From Bryobacterales bacterium (GTDB taxonomy: Bacteria; Acidobacteriota; Terriglobia; Bryobacterales; UBA6623): a DNA stretch of 64,000 bases. The notes below the pieces were generated by a model. The model did no database searches, was not told the origin of the DNA, and saw nothing but the letters and a program-made list of their open reading frames with translations. Positions 1-11,014 of this stretch are shown here, in pieces; position 1 is the first letter of the stretch, and each line of letters opens with the position of its first letter. The DNA lies in assembly GCA_963422375.2 (NCBI GenBank), contig OY729427.2, positions 1,280,001 to 1,344,000 of the forward strand. The letters are read 5' to 3'. Both the position numbers and the translations under genes were made by a program.

Positions 1-46
1 CCGCCTCGGCCGGGGAGTGCGAGCGTCGGCATGCATGGGACAAACG

Positions 47-82
47 AAAAAGCGGGGGGGCGATTGAACTGCCCCCCCCGCT
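47..82 (-). terminator. Rho-independent terminator of the large lipoprotein gene
   Basis: GC stem AGCGGGGGGGC / GCCCCCCCCGCT (51-82) followed by a T tract on the minus strand (A run 47-51), 14 bp beyond the stop at 96. Confidence 0.8.
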
Positions 83-95
83 GCGCGGCGTGCGG

Positions 96-3000
96 CTACG
101 GAAGCTCCAAACCGAACGCGCCCTTGATAGTGCCCTTGCTGTTGCCGTTGGAGACGGCGGTGTGCTCCACTTTCAGCTCGAACCGTCCGATCAGACCTTG
201 CGGTCCTCGCCCGCCCGAGAGGTCCTGCCCGACGAACTGGCCCTTCACCGCGTAGCTGTGGGATCCGTCGGTCGTCGATGCGTCGGAGCCGGAGTAGATG
301 GGAAGCACGACCTCTGTCGAGCCGTCCTCCTTCGCGATCAGCAGGTGGGCGTCTAGCTTCACGCTCGACTTTTTGTAATCGACTTCTTGTTTGAATCCAA
401 CGAGGCCGTTCTTTTTGTCATGCGTAATGGGGATCTTCGTGAAGACGATCTTCTCCACCGGGTGGCCGATGTCCTTATCTACCTTGCCCGTCTTGGGGTC
501 GTGGAGAGGTTGCTTGTAGCGATGGACTTCGTCCCAGGAGCCCGCTGACGTGGTTTTCAGCAGTTTTCCGCCGTCGTTCTTGGCGTAGTCCTTGTAACCG
601 CCAACGCCCCAGCCGAACAGCTTGAGGGGGCCGAAGCCGTCGTTCTCGAGACCGCGCAGCTCTAGCCGCATTCTCGAGGAGTCGATCGCGTCGGCTTTCC
701 ACTCCACCTGCGCCCAGGCCGTGCCCTTGAGGAAGTTCCCGGCGATCTGCGCCACGGTCTCTCCTTCGTACGAGAGCGTCGCCCCTAGCGGGTAGCGCGA
801 GTCGTCGACGCCCTCGAACTCGGTCTGCGGCAGGGTGCTGTAGGCGAACACGTCATTCTTCCAAGACTGCTCGTAATAGGCTTCTGCTCTGGTGTCGATG
901 CCCCCTTCGCTCTGGTACGTCGCGTGGGGGCTCCAGCGCCAGCGCCAAGAGCCTAGGTAGGTGTAGTCGGTGTGCGCGACGGACAGCAGGACGCTGGTGC
1001 GCGGGGCGTCCCAGACAGACGCCAAGGGCTTGCCCGCCTTGGGATCGTAGATCTGCGTGGGGATGTCGCTGAAGACGCCCTGCGCCTCGAAGGCCTCCTC
1101 GAAGGCCTCCTCGTTCGCGAGCGCCGCCTGAACTCGCGCGACCAGGTCGATACTGTCGGCGATCTCCCTGTTCGTTGCGCCGAGCGCGAGCAAGCGGTCA
1201 GCGTCGTCAGCGTCGTCAGCGCCGGCCGGCCAGACGCCACTGTCGCTGATCGCTAGGGAGTGGGCTTGGAGCTCCCAAGTAGTCTTGCCCTCGCTGACCG
1301 TCTTCTTCCACCAGCCGAAGACGTGGTCGGACAGGGCGGCGTTGACCTTGTTGAGCTCCTTCTGGCGGACCTGCACCAGATCGACCCCGGCGGTGGAGGC
1401 GGAGATCCCCTGAAGGACCCTCAGGGCGTCGCTCACCTCCTCGTGGGCCGCCGCGATCTGCCTCTTGCCGGCGAAATGAAGGTCGGGCAGCATCTCGGGA
1501 AAGACGGTCCGCTCCGCCTCCGCCGTCAGTTCGTATTTGTCGTCCCCGGCCCCGAACATCTCCTTCAGGCTGAGTTTCTCGAGCTGGCTCCCGCCTTCGT
1601 CGACCGGCGCCTTCAGCTCCAGGTTGCCGGCGTTGAGCTTCCATTCCATCCCGGAAGGCGCCTGCGGGGCGATGCTCGCCCTGAACTTGCTGACGTCGTC
1701 GGAGCCGGCGGGGGTGGCGCCGGAGACCGGCAGGTCGCCGGGCTGGCGGACGGCGCCGAAGCCGCCGGCGATGTAGTCGGCGCTGTCGGTCTTGCTTAGG
1801 TTGCCGGCGGACCAGGTGCCGACGGCCTCGCTGCCGGCGGCGTCGCCGGTGCCGACGAGCTGGCCGGCGAACGAGCCCAGCGCGGCTCTGGCCGGTTGCC
1901 CGCTGCGCAGCGGGTCGAAGCTGAGGGTGACGCCGCCGTCGCGCGGGTCGCCGCTCTTCTTGGCCCGGGACCAGCTGGCGCGGCGCTGCAGCGCCGCCTC
2001 GGGCAGGGCCACCGACTGGACGGGCAAGCCTCTGTGGGCCCAGCTGTCGCCGGCGCCGATGCTGGCCAGCCCGCTCACCAGGCCGCTGACCTTCTCGTTT
2101 CCGGGGGTCAGGGTGACGGCGATCTCGACGGCGCCTTCGTAGAGGACGCCCTCGCCGTCGACGGCGAGGGTGCCGCCGCGGTAATGGGCGGCGCCGCTGG
2201 CGCTGACGTCCGTCCTGTAGCGCGTGGGGGCGGCGGTGGCGTAGGCGAAGCCGCCCAGCTCGCCCCGGCCGTCGTGCTCGTAGGCGGCCCCTTCGTCGGC
2301 GTGCCCGCGCCGCTTGACGGCCGCGGCGCCGTAGCGCGTGCTGCCGAGAGTGCGCAGGGCGGCCTCGCCCTCGAACTCCCTGGCATCGAAGATCTTGCGG
2401 GCCTGGGCGGGGGTGCGGGGGTCGATTTCGGCGAAGACCCCCAGGCTGTTCTTGGCGGTGGCCTCGACGAGCGCGTCGGCGCTGGAGAGGGCGTCGATGA
2501 CGTCCTGCAGGGCCCCGACGGCGCGCCGCGGAGTGGTGTCCGCCACGCCTTGTTCGACGAGCCCTTTCTTGCCGAAGACGCTCTTGATGACATCGTCGGC
2601 CTTGTTCCACTGGGTGGTGAGGGCGTTCGTCAGGTTCGTCCGGTCGTCGGCCCCGGTGAGATTCTCGACGAGCGCCTCCATGACCCCGCGGATGGCGACG
2701 AGGTCCTTGACGGCGTCCTCGACGAAGGTCGGGTCGGAGTCGCGCGGGTGCGTGTCGCTGCCGGCGCCGAGCAGCGCGCCGACGTCGAAGGAGGCGCCGC
2801 CGACGAGCAGCTCGGTGTTTTCCTCGTCGGCGGGGGTGTCGCCGTCGTCGGCGGAGAGCTCGAGGTCGGATTCGAGGTGGTCGGTTTTGAAGGCCGTCCT
2901 GCCTTCGATATCGAGGTCGTAGCGATCGGCGAGGAGGGAGCCGTCGTCGGTTTGGAGGACGCGGTAGAGGCTGCCCTGGATGTCGGCGTCGCCGGAGGCG

Positions 3001-4742
3001 GCGAGCTCGGCGGAGGCGCCGGAGGCGGGGTCGGAGAGGGTCCAGCCGGCGCCGCCCTCGAGGGTGCTGGCGGCGAGGGGGGCGCCGCGCACCTCGACGT
3101 CGGCGGGTTGGAAGGCGGCGGACCAGTTGCCGGCGTCGTCGAGGGAGAGGGCGTAGGCGTCGCCGGAGGCGGCGGGGTGGACGTGGCCGTGGGCGACGGG
3201 GTCGCCGCCGGGCTCGGGCGAGGCGGACCAGGAGCCGTCCTCGGCGCGGTAGAGCTGCAGGCTGCCGGCGAGGCCGACGGCGACGGCCTGGGAGCCGCTC
3301 TGGGAGTCGTCGCGGACGTAGGCGGCGGAGTATTCGCCGGTGGCGGGGTCGCGGGTGACGGCGTAGGCGTTGTCGTAGCCGGCGACCGGGACGGTGAGTT
3401 TGGCGGGGACGGGCTCGCCGGAGGCGAGGGTCCAGGAGCCGTCCTCGGCCTGCGCGAGGTCGAGGGTTCCGCCGTGCTGGCCGAGCATGACGGAGGCGGT
3501 GGCGGCCTGGTGGGCGGCGGCCCACTTGCCGTCGGCCAGGGACAGGGTCCACTTGAGGCCGAGGCTGTCGGCGTAGGCGGCGCCGTCGGCGACGGGGGAG
3601 CCGGCCGCGGACCAGGTTCCGTCCTCGGCCTGCGCGAGCTCGACGCTGCGGCCGGAGCCGCCGAGGGCTACGGGCTGGGTGGCGGGCACGTGCTGGCCGG
3701 CCCAGGAGCCGTCCTCGCCCTGGGCGAGCCGGTACTGCAGGCCGTTGGCGGGGCCGGCGACCTCGCGGCCGGCGGCGAGGGGCTCGCCGCCGAGCCAGGC
3801 GGAGCCGTCCTCGGCCACGTCGAGCGCGAGGGTGCCGCCGAGCGTGCCGAGGGCGGCGGAGGCGCTGCGGGGCACGTAGGCGCCGGCCCAGGCGCCGTCC
3901 TCGTTCTGGGCGAGGCGGTACTGGGGCCCGCCGGCGTCGCCGACGAGGGCGCCGTCGGCGGCCTCCCCGCCGGGCAGGGACCAGGTCTTGTCCTCGTTCT
4001 GGGAGAGCGCGAGGGTTCCGCCGAGCTGGCCGAGCATGACGGAGGCGGAGGCGGCCTGGTATTCGGCGCTCCATGCGCCGTCCTCGCCCAGGGCGAGCTT
4101 GTAGTGGAGGCCGTTGTCGCCGGGGACGGTGAGGTTCTCGGGCAGGGCCTCCCCGCCGGCGGACCAGGTCTTGTCCTCGTTCTGGGAGAGCGCGAGGGTT
4201 CCGCCGAGCTGGCCGAGCATGACGGAGGCGGAGGCGGCCTGGTATTCGGCGCTCCATGCGCCGTCCTCGCCCAGGGCGAGCTTGTAGTGGAGGCCGTTGT
4301 CGCCGGGGACGGTGAGGTTCTCGGGCAGGGCCTCCCCGCCGGCGGACCAGGTCTTGTCCTCGTTCTGGGAGAGCGCGAGGGTTCCGCCGAGCTGGCCGAG
4401 CATGACGGAGGCGGAGGCGGCCTGGTATTCGGCGGCCCACTTGCCGTCGGCCAGGGCGAGCTTGTAGGCGAGGCCGTTCTCCTCGCCGGTGACGGGGGCG
4501 CCGTCGGCGACGTCCTCGCCGTTGAGGGTGAAGCCGCCGCCCTCCTTGGTCATGAGGGTGAGCTTGCCGCCGTGCTGGCCGAGGGCGACCTCGACGGGCT
4601 GGGGCTGGAAGGGCGCGGGCTGGGGCGCGGGCGGCTGCACCACGGGGGCGGGCTCGTCCCCGCCGCAGGCGGCGAGGCCGAGGGCCAGGGCGGCGAGCAG
4701 GCCGGCGGTCGCTAGCGCGCGCGGGATGCTGCTGGGGGTCAT
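96..4742 (-). CDS. Large surface lipoprotein (1548 aa): N-terminal ~60-aa beta-rich repeats plus two TbpB/transferrin-binding-like lobes
   Basis: ATG at 4742 with AAGGAG upstream; signal peptide ending in lipobox LAAC; Pro-rich linker; repeats (GQLGGTLAL..EDG.WS); barrel-type motifs YRGGTLAV...GSFAGQLVG...GTW...AGGFGA and YEGETVA...GQFVG...GAFGLELP. The ORF-track extension to 5342 is unlikely to be translated. Confidence 0.8.
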   Translation of the reverse strand: MTPSSIPRALATAGLLAALALGLAACGGDEPAPVVQPPAPQPAPFQPQPVEVALGQHGGKLTLMTKEGGGFTLNGEDVADGAPVTGEENGLAYKLALADGKWAAEYQAASASVMLGQLGGTLALSQNEDKTWSAGGEALPENLTVPGDNGLHYKLALGEDGAWSAEYQAASASVMLGQLGGTLALSQNEDKTWSAGGEALPENLTVPGDNGLHYKLALGEDGAWSAEYQAASASVMLGQLGGTLALSQNEDKTWSLPGGEAADGALVGDAGGPQYRLAQNEDGAWAGAYVPRSASAALGTLGGTLALDVAEDGSAWLGGEPLAAGREVAGPANGLQYRLAQGEDGSWAGQHVPATQPVALGGSGRSVELAQAEDGTWSAAGSPVADGAAYADSLGLKWTLSLADGKWAAAHQAATASVMLGQHGGTLDLAQAEDGSWTLASGEPVPAKLTVPVAGYDNAYAVTRDPATGEYSAAYVRDDSQSGSQAVAVGLAGSLQLYRAEDGSWSASPEPGGDPVAHGHVHPAASGDAYALSLDDAGNWSAAFQPADVEVRGAPLAASTLEGGAGWTLSDPASGASAELAASGDADIQGSLYRVLQTDDGSLLADRYDLDIEGRTAFKTDHLESDLELSADDGDTPADEENTELLVGGASFDVGALLGAGSDTHPRDSDPTFVEDAVKDLVAIRGVMEALVENLTGADDRTNLTNALTTQWNKADDVIKSVFGKKGLVEQGVADTTPRRAVGALQDVIDALSSADALVEATAKNSLGVFAEIDPRTPAQARKIFDAREFEGEAALRTLGSTRYGAAAVKRRGHADEGAAYEHDGRGELGGFAYATAAPTRYRTDVSASGAAHYRGGTLAVDGEGVLYEGAVEIAVTLTPGNEKVSGLVSGLASIGAGDSWAHRGLPVQSVALPEAALQRRASWSRAKKSGDPRDGGVTLSFDPLRSGQPARAALGSFAGQLVGTGDAAGSEAVGTWSAGNLSKTDSADYIAGGFGAVRQPGDLPVSGATPAGSDDVSKFRASIAPQAPSGMEWKLNAGNLELKAPVDEGGSQLEKLSLKEMFGAGDDKYELTAEAERTVFPEMLPDLHFAGKRQIAAAHEEVSDALRVLQGISASTAGVDLVQVRQKELNKVNAALSDHVFGWWKKTVSEGKTTWELQAHSLAISDSGVWPAGADDADDADRLLALGATNREIADSIDLVARVQAALANEEAFEEAFEAQGVFSDIPTQIYDPKAGKPLASVWDAPRTSVLLSVAHTDYTYLGSWRWRWSPHATYQSEGGIDTRAEAYYEQSWKNDVFAYSTLPQTEFEGVDDSRYPLGATLSYEGETVAQIAGNFLKGTAWAQVEWKADAIDSSRMRLELRGLENDGFGPLKLFGWGVGGYKDYAKNDGGKLLKTTSAGSWDEVHRYKQPLHDPKTGKVDKDIGHPVEKIVFTKIPITHDKKNGLVGFKQEVDYKKSSVKLDAHLLIAKEDGSTEVVLPIYSGSDASTTDGSHSYAVKGQFVGQDLSGGRGPQGLIGRFELKVEHTAVSNGNSKGTIKGAFGLELP
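3978..4434. repeat. ~2.5 near-identical tandem copies of a 183-bp (61-aa) unit inside the lipoprotein gene
   Basis: GGACCAGGTCTTGTCC recurs at 3978, 4161 and 4344 (spacing 183) with identical intervening sequence. Confidence 0.95.
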
Positions 4743-4839
4743 GGGTGGTTCTCTTCTCCTTCTCTTTGCGGTCGGGCCCCGCGACGGGCAGGGCCCGCCT
4801 GAGGCCAGCGCGTGCAGGACTCCCCGCAGGCGCTTACTG

Positions 4840-4871
4840 ACAGCATCCCACAGGGAATCCCCGCATGTCAA
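4840..4871 (-). promoter_or_regulatory. Putative sigma70 promoter of the lipoprotein gene
   Basis: Minus strand TTGACA (4871-4866), 18 bp spacer, GATGCT. Confidence 0.4.
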
Positions 4872-5399
4872 GGGGCGTTTGACTGAAATTGAAGATTTCT
4901 TGGGCGGGCCGGAGATCTCCCGAAAGTGCATTCGGTCGGGTGCGGGTTCCCCCGCTGGAAGTCTTGCTGCTCCGTGGTAGCCGGCCCGTGGCCCGTTCCC
5001 TCCCCGGGGATTGCCTCCGAAGCGGCGGCACCGCATAGGCGACTCCCGCATTGACCGCATCGATTGCAACGCCTCCTTCGTTTCGACTCCGTCCAGCCGA
5101 GCGGCAGACAGCGCCAATGTCCACCTGTTGCCCGTCCTTCTCCGCGAGGCTCCCTTGCAATGCGAGCGGGAGGTGGCGGGAGGTCTTGTCGTTGTCAGGC
5201 CTAGGCAGCCACGATGGCCGTCGACCGGTCGAAGGACACTCCGGCATGCATTGCCCCTAGAATTCCAGACAGTGATTCCGCTAGGCAGCCCCGGGGTTCC
5301 CTCGAGGCGTAAGTCTCGGCACCATGGCAGGATTCGGCTCACTTGATCGGATCCGATCAGAGTCTGCGCCGGAAGCGGCCTCGCGGCCGCCTCTTGTCG

Positions 5400-6707
5400 T
5401 AAGGACGTTGTCGGGAATTAGATTTCCATGTTCTGAGTTTTGTGTTCTCATCATCCGATGAGACGCAATCTTGAACTCGAAGCGACAATTGTTGAGCAGT
5501 ACGCGGCGGTGGAAGCGTTTCTCGACGAGCGCGGGCGTCGGCTATGGGCGGCGACGGAGTCGCGTGCCATCGGGTATGGGGGAGATGCGCTGGTATCGGA
5601 CGCGACTGGGTTGTCGCGCGCGACCATCCGCGCCATCCGCGCGGGGCGTCGAGAGCTGGCATCCGGCAGTGTTGAACGCGGTCGGATACGCCGCCCGGGC
5701 GCCGGGCGGCCCGGCATCGAGCAGTCGCAGCCGGGCATCAAGCAAGCACTGGAGAAGCTGGTTGACCCGTTGACTCGCGGTGACCCGGAGTCGCCGTTGC
5801 GCTGGACATGCAAGAGTCGGGCGAAGCTCACCGCGGCGTTGTCGCAGGCGGGTTGGAAGGTGAGTTCGACGACGGCGAGCCGTTTACTGCATGAGCTTGG
5901 CTACAGCCTGCAATCGGTGCGCAAGAGTCTCGAAGGGACAACCCGCCCCGACCGGGACGCGCAGTTCGAGCACGTCAATACGAAGGCGGATGATTTTCTG
6001 CAACGTTGTCAGCCAGTGGTCTCGGTCGACACCAAGAAGAAGGAACTGGTGGATGAATTCAAGAACGGTGGGGGGGAATGGCAACCGAAGGGGAGCCCCG
6101 AGAAATCACTGGCGCATGATTTTCCCAAGGACTCGTCGGGCAAAGCGATTCCGTATGGCATCTATGACATGGGGCGCAACGAAGCATGGGTGCATGTTGG
6201 ACGTGATCACGACACGCCCGCGTTTGCCGTGGCCTCGCTGCGACGGTGGTGGAACGAGACGGGGAAGCGCCGCTACCCCGAGACTGGCGAGCTGTTCATC
6301 ACTGCCGATGCGGGCGGCAGCAACGGGTATCGCTCTCGAGCCTGGAAGCATCGACTGCAGAAGTTCGCTGACGAGACATGTCTTCGCATCCACGTCAGCC
6401 ACTTGCCGCCGGGGACCAGTAAATGGAATAAGATTGAGCACCGCCTGTTCTGCCACATCACGCAGAATTGGCGAGGCAAACCACTGCGTACATTTGAGAC
6501 CATTGTCGACTTGATCGGCGGTACGCGAACAGCCGCTGGCCTTCGGGTCGAAGCCAAACTTGACAATAGAAAGTACCCGACCGGTGAGGCAGTAACGAAG
6601 GCGGAGATGGACGCCCTGTCGCTCCATCGGAACGAGTTCCACGGTGATTGGAACTACGAACTACATCCACGATGAAGTTGGAAACTTAATATCGATCAAA
6701 GTCCTAA
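5400..6707 (+). mobile_element. ISAzo13-family insertion sequence
   Basis: Imperfect terminal IRs TAAGGACGTTGTCGGGAATTAGATTTCC / (rc) TTAGGACTTTGATCGATATTAAGTTTCC around a single transposase. Confidence 0.85.
5458..6675 (+). CDS. ISAzo13-family (Rhodopirellula-type) DDE transposase
   Basis: Motifs TRGDPESPLRWT, PDRDAQF, SVDTKKKEL, ADAGGSN, PPGTSKWNKIEHRLF, FHGDWNY. Confidence 0.92.
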   Translation: MRRNLELEATIVEQYAAVEAFLDERGRRLWAATESRAIGYGGDALVSDATGLSRATIRAIRAGRRELASGSVERGRIRRPGAGRPGIEQSQPGIKQALEKLVDPLTRGDPESPLRWTCKSRAKLTAALSQAGWKVSSTTASRLLHELGYSLQSVRKSLEGTTRPDRDAQFEHVNTKADDFLQRCQPVVSVDTKKKELVDEFKNGGGEWQPKGSPEKSLAHDFPKDSSGKAIPYGIYDMGRNEAWVHVGRDHDTPAFAVASLRRWWNETGKRRYPETGELFITADAGGSNGYRSRAWKHRLQKFADETCLRIHVSHLPPGTSKWNKIEHRLFCHITQNWRGKPLRTFETIVDLIGGTRTAAGLRVEAKLDNRKYPTGEAVTKAEMDALSLHRNEFHGDWNYELHPR

Positions 6708-7087
6708 GGTCACATCCCGGGCTTGGCCGGGACGAGCTCCTTCCGCGGCCGACCGGGCTTCAACGCCTCTGAGGGGCCTTCCTTCCGGCTCTCTTCAGGC
6801 ATGACCCAAATCCTCCACCGCCACGCGCGGCGGCCGCCTGCGTCACAAGGAGCTGGAACGTTGAAACCGCCGCCAATTTGGAGCGGCCACTGTTCCAGCC
6901 CTTCCAGCTAGCCGGCCGAGGCCACCGACGGCCCTCGAAGGCGCGCCCGCGGGCAGGTCAGTGCCCATGCGGTGGACTACGCCGTCGATCCGCCCGAACT
7001 AGGCACTGTTCCCCGGCGGGCATAGCCACGTCGAGGAGTGCAAGACTTTCCGGCCCTGAGGCTCTTACTGAAAGCATCAAAAGTAAT

Positions 7088-7873
7088 CCTGGCATCCGCT
7101 CCCGCAAGCTCTGGCAGTGCCATGCCTGCCACCGCCAGAGCTCCCTCGTCGCCGGCACGATCTTGGCCGCCAGCAAGCTGCCGCTGACCGTCTGGTTGCT
7201 GGCGCTCCACCTGCTGACGCAGGGCCAGCACGGCGTTTCGTCGCTGGAACTGGCGCGGCAGCTGGGCGTGAGCCGGAACACGGCTTGGAAGGTGAAGCAC
7301 AAGCTCCTGCCAGTGCTGAAGGAGCGCGACGAGCGCGTGCCCCTGCGCGGCATCGTGCAGGTGGACGATGCCTGCTGGGGCGGGCAGCGGACCGGCGGCA
7401 AGCGCGGGCGCGGCGGGCAAGACGCCGTTCGTCGCCGCCGTGCAGGTCACCGCCGCCGGCCAGCCGGCAAAGATGCGCCTGAGCAGCGTGGCGGGCTTGC
7501 GCAAGAAGACGCTGGCAGCGTGGGCCGGGCGGCACTTGCAGCCCGGCACGGAGGTGCATTCCGACGGCCCGGCCTGCTTGCGGGGCGTGGCCGGCGCCGG
7601 CTGCGAGCACGTCCCGACCGTCACCGGAGGCGGGCAGCGGAGCTGCGGGCATTCCCGCTTCGTCCGGGTCAACACGATGCTGGCGAACGTCAAGCAGTCC
7701 CTGGCGGGAACCTGTCATGCGCTCGACGGCAAGCACCTGCCGCGGTACCTCGCCGAGTTCTGCTACCGCTACGACCTGGAGGCGCTGGTCCCCCGCCTGC
7801 TCCACGCCTCCGTGCGCACTCCGCCCATACCTTACCGCCTCTTAACCTTGGCAGAGTCTTGTGGGTAATCAGG
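7088..7873 (+). mobile_element. IS1595-family element A, copy 1 (internally deleted, frameshifted)
   Basis: 8-bp TSD AAAGTAAT at 7080-7087 and 7874-7881; only CCTG of the left IR remains; right IR GGTAATCAGG; motifs QVDD, HSDG, YLAEF. Confidence 0.9.
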
Positions 7874-7904
7874 AAAGTAATTGTCACACCCTGCCCCCAT
7901 CTAG

Positions 7905-9370
7905 CCCGCATTATTCACGAATGCGGCGCAGGCTCATGGGTCCAGTTTTTGGGCCCCCGATGGCCGCCGAATCTGCTTCCGAAACGCCTGCGGGCGGGGC
8001 TTGCGGGGCGTCTCGCGAGCGGCCTGCGGGCCGCGGACACCTCCTCGGCGGCACCCGCCCGGGGGGCAGGCACGGTTTCCCCCGGCAGCGCCCGGCGCCT
8101 GCCGACACTCTCCGGATTGACCCGGCCCGGCGTCATATCGGCACGGCCCCCAAGCCCCGCGCCGCCACCGCCCAGGCGTCCCGGAACGGTGCCATCCGCG
8201 GCACTCGCAGCACGCTCCGCTGCGCCGTGGCCGCGACCCGCGCCCCCGGCTTCGGCAGGCCGAGGCGCAACCCGTCCACCCGGCGCTTCCGCAGCGGCGT
8301 GTCCCGTGCCTGCCAGCGCAGTTCCTGCATGATCACGCAGGCCGCCGCCGCGAGCGGCGCGCGGAACCGGTTCGCCGCGAAGCTCGAGCAGCTGGCGCGG
8401 TCCATCCGCATCCCGTGCTCGAGCTCCTTGACGCGGTTCTCCACGTCCCCCCGCAGGCAGTGGATCCGCTCGTAGAGGCGCTGCGGGCTGCCGCCCGCGT
8501 TGGTCACCACGTAGCGCGGGTTCCACTGCGGGGCGCGCCCGGGAAACTCGCTCACGTCCGCCTTGACGATCACCCGCCGCGCCCGCGCCCGGCGGCCCGC
8601 CCGGTAGACGAACTGCCCGTGCAGCGGGCCCGGGTTCTTGCCCGCGTCCTCCGCGCCCGGCCGGCCCCCCTGCGTGCCGGCTCCCAGCCGCGCGTACTTC
8701 GCCCGCAACTGCTCCGGCCGGGACGGCGGGTCCCCCGCGGCCGCCGCTGCCCCGCCGGGGTCCGTGCCCGGGGTGCCGCCGGGCGCACGCCGGGCCTCGA
8801 CGGCCGCCCGCAACGGGGCCGCGCGCCGCTCCGGCACCGCGTTCTTCTGCAGGCACGCCACGTACTCCAGGCCCTCGCGCTCGCCATAGGCCAGCAGCTC
8901 GTCCCCTTGGAAGCCCGCGTCCAAGCGCAGGCGCAGCGTCGCCCGCGGGAAGCATTCCCGCAGCAGCGGCAGCAAGCGCTCCAGCAGCGGCAGCAAGCCC
9001 TCCGCGGCCGCGGCCGTGCCCGAGCGCAGCAGCGCCGCCACGAGATGCCGCTCGCGCTCGTCGTCGAAGCGCACCACGCCCACCAGCGGCAAGTAGCAAT
9101 GCGTGTCGTAGAAGCCGTTGAACAGCGCCAGCTGCCGGCCCCCGTGCCGCGGCTCGCAGGCCGGGTCGAAGTCCAGCTCGACGATGCTCGTCTCGGGGCG
9201 CCGCTCGTGCCGGCGCCGCACGACGCAGCGGGCCGGCACCGCGGACGCGCGCTCGGCGCGTCCGCGGTGACGGCGTTCTCGAAGCGCGACAGGGTAGGCC
9301 GGGACGGCAGGTCGCGACCCTGCCAGGGGTCGCGCCCGAGCAGCAGCTTGAACACGGGGTCGCCGCCGAG
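7905..9370 (-). mobile_element. IS1380-family element, copy 1 (5'-truncated transposase pseudogene, stop at 8133)
   Basis: Starts at CCCGCATTATTCACG after CTAG; LDFD, HGGRQLALFNGFYD..CYLPL, RLDAGF, RGDVENRVKE; near-identical to 44410-47892. Confidence 0.88.
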
Positions 9371-9519
9371 CAAGAAAGAAGATTTGGAGATTGTTGCTTG
9401 AAACATGCAAAGATGAATTTGAAGATCAAGCGTTCTTGTTGCGGACTGCTGAGGCAGAACTACTCCGTTGCGACAGCAATTCACTCAATAAATTCTCTAC
9501 TGAGAGGCGCAAAAGTCTT

Positions 9520-10547
9520 CCTGATTACCCACAAGACTCAGCCAAGGTTAGGAGGCGGTAAGGCATGGGCGGGGTGCGCACGGAGGCGAGGAGCAGGCGG
9601 GGGACCAGCGCCTCCAGATCGTAGCGGTGGTTGAAGCGGTAGCGGAACTCGGCGAGGTACCGCGGCAGGTGCTTGCCGTCGAGCGCATGGCAGGTTCCCG
9701 CCAGGGACTGCTTGACGTTCGCCAGCATCGTGTTGACCCGGACGAAGCGGGAATGCCCGCAGCTCCGCTGCCCGCCTCCGGTGACGGTCGGGACGTGCTC
9801 GCAGCCGGCGCCGGCCACGCCCCGCAAGCAGGCCGGGCCGTCGGAATGCACCTCCGTGCCGGGCTGCAAGTGCCGCCCGGCCCACGCTGCCAGCGTCTTC
9901 TTGCGCAAGCCCGCCACGCTGCTCAGGCGCATCCTTGCCGGCTGGCCGGCGGCGGTGACCTGCACGGCGGCGACGAACGGCGTCTTGCCCGCCGCGCCCG
10001 CGCTTGCCGCCGGTCCGCTGCCCGCCCCAGCAGGCATCGTCCACCTGCACGATGCCGCGCAGGGGCACGCGCTCGTCGCGCTCCTTCAGCACTGGCAGGA
10101 GCTTGTGCTTCACCTTCCAAGCCGTGTTCCGGCTCACGCCCAGCTGCCGCGCCAGTTCCAGCGACGAAACGCCGTGCTGGCCCTGCGTCAGCAGGTGGAG
10201 CGCCAGCAACCAGACGGTCAGCGGCAGCTTGCTGGCGGCCAAGATCGTGCCGGCGACGAGGGAGCTCTGGCGGTGGCAGGCATGGCACTGCCAGAGCTTG
10301 CGGGAGCGGATGCGGCAGTGCCGTCGGGAGCCGCACTCCGGGCAGCGGAAGCCGTCCGGCCAGCGGGCCTTGAAGACGGCGTGCTCGCATGGCCCCTCGC
10401 TGCCGTAGCGCTGCAGGAACTTGCCCAGGCTGAGTCCCTTCTGGAATTGCACGCGATTGCCTTTCAGCTGTTATCCCCTTTCCTATCAGAGATTTCCAAC
10501 CTCCTGCAGTATAGCATATCCTCGGCTGACGTTCGTTGGTAATCAGG
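9520..10547 (-). mobile_element. IS1595-family element A, copy 2 (full length 1028 bp, transposase frameshifted, ATG changed to CTG)
   Basis: IRs CCTGATTACC/GGTAATCAGG; 8-bp TSD AAAGTCTT at 9512-9519 and 10548-10555; Zn ribbon CPEC..C..C, YLAEF.YRFN.R. Confidence 0.95.
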
Positions 10548-11014
10548 AAAGTCTTTTCCTAAGATACGGGCCATACTCAGTCGACTTCCGATTCAATCTG
10601 TCATCATAGCAGCCCAGATATTGAGTCTTGAATTCTCGAACTTAGGCCTGCATATTGTGATATACCGTAACTATCTACACAGTATATTTCGTACTCGAAT
10701 TTGGAGGGCCTCCTTCTTAGCAGACTGCTTGGGAACCCAGTTGCCAGTACATTCTGGCCTGGCCGATCCGAAAAGACTTTTATGCCCCTCAGTACTACTC
10801 GCCGTTCGTTTCTTGGAGAGATTGCCGAAGTAGTCTTGCGGAATAAACCTCCTCCAGTATGGATCTAAGTCTCCATTTGCGATAGTCAGTTCTGGACAAT
10901 TGCACCCGTAAAGCTCATCACAGAGTCGCCGAAATACAGGATTCTACTGCTCTGGCAACTTGCCGGATCCCGACGCCTAAGCGAATTGACATAGCGCTTT
11001 GAGATGCGTACGTA

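Noticed and set aside
1216..4715. Long overlapping ORFs (1074 aa, 939 aa) and similar Arg/Gly/Pro-rich ORFs across the window, including 60677-63718
   Set aside because: Shadow frames of GC-rich genes; low-complexity composition and no motifs
4743..5342. 200-aa N-terminal extension of the lipoprotein, or a riboswitch in its leader
   Set aside because: RBS, signal peptide and lipobox fix the start at 4742; leader hairpins match no family I recognise
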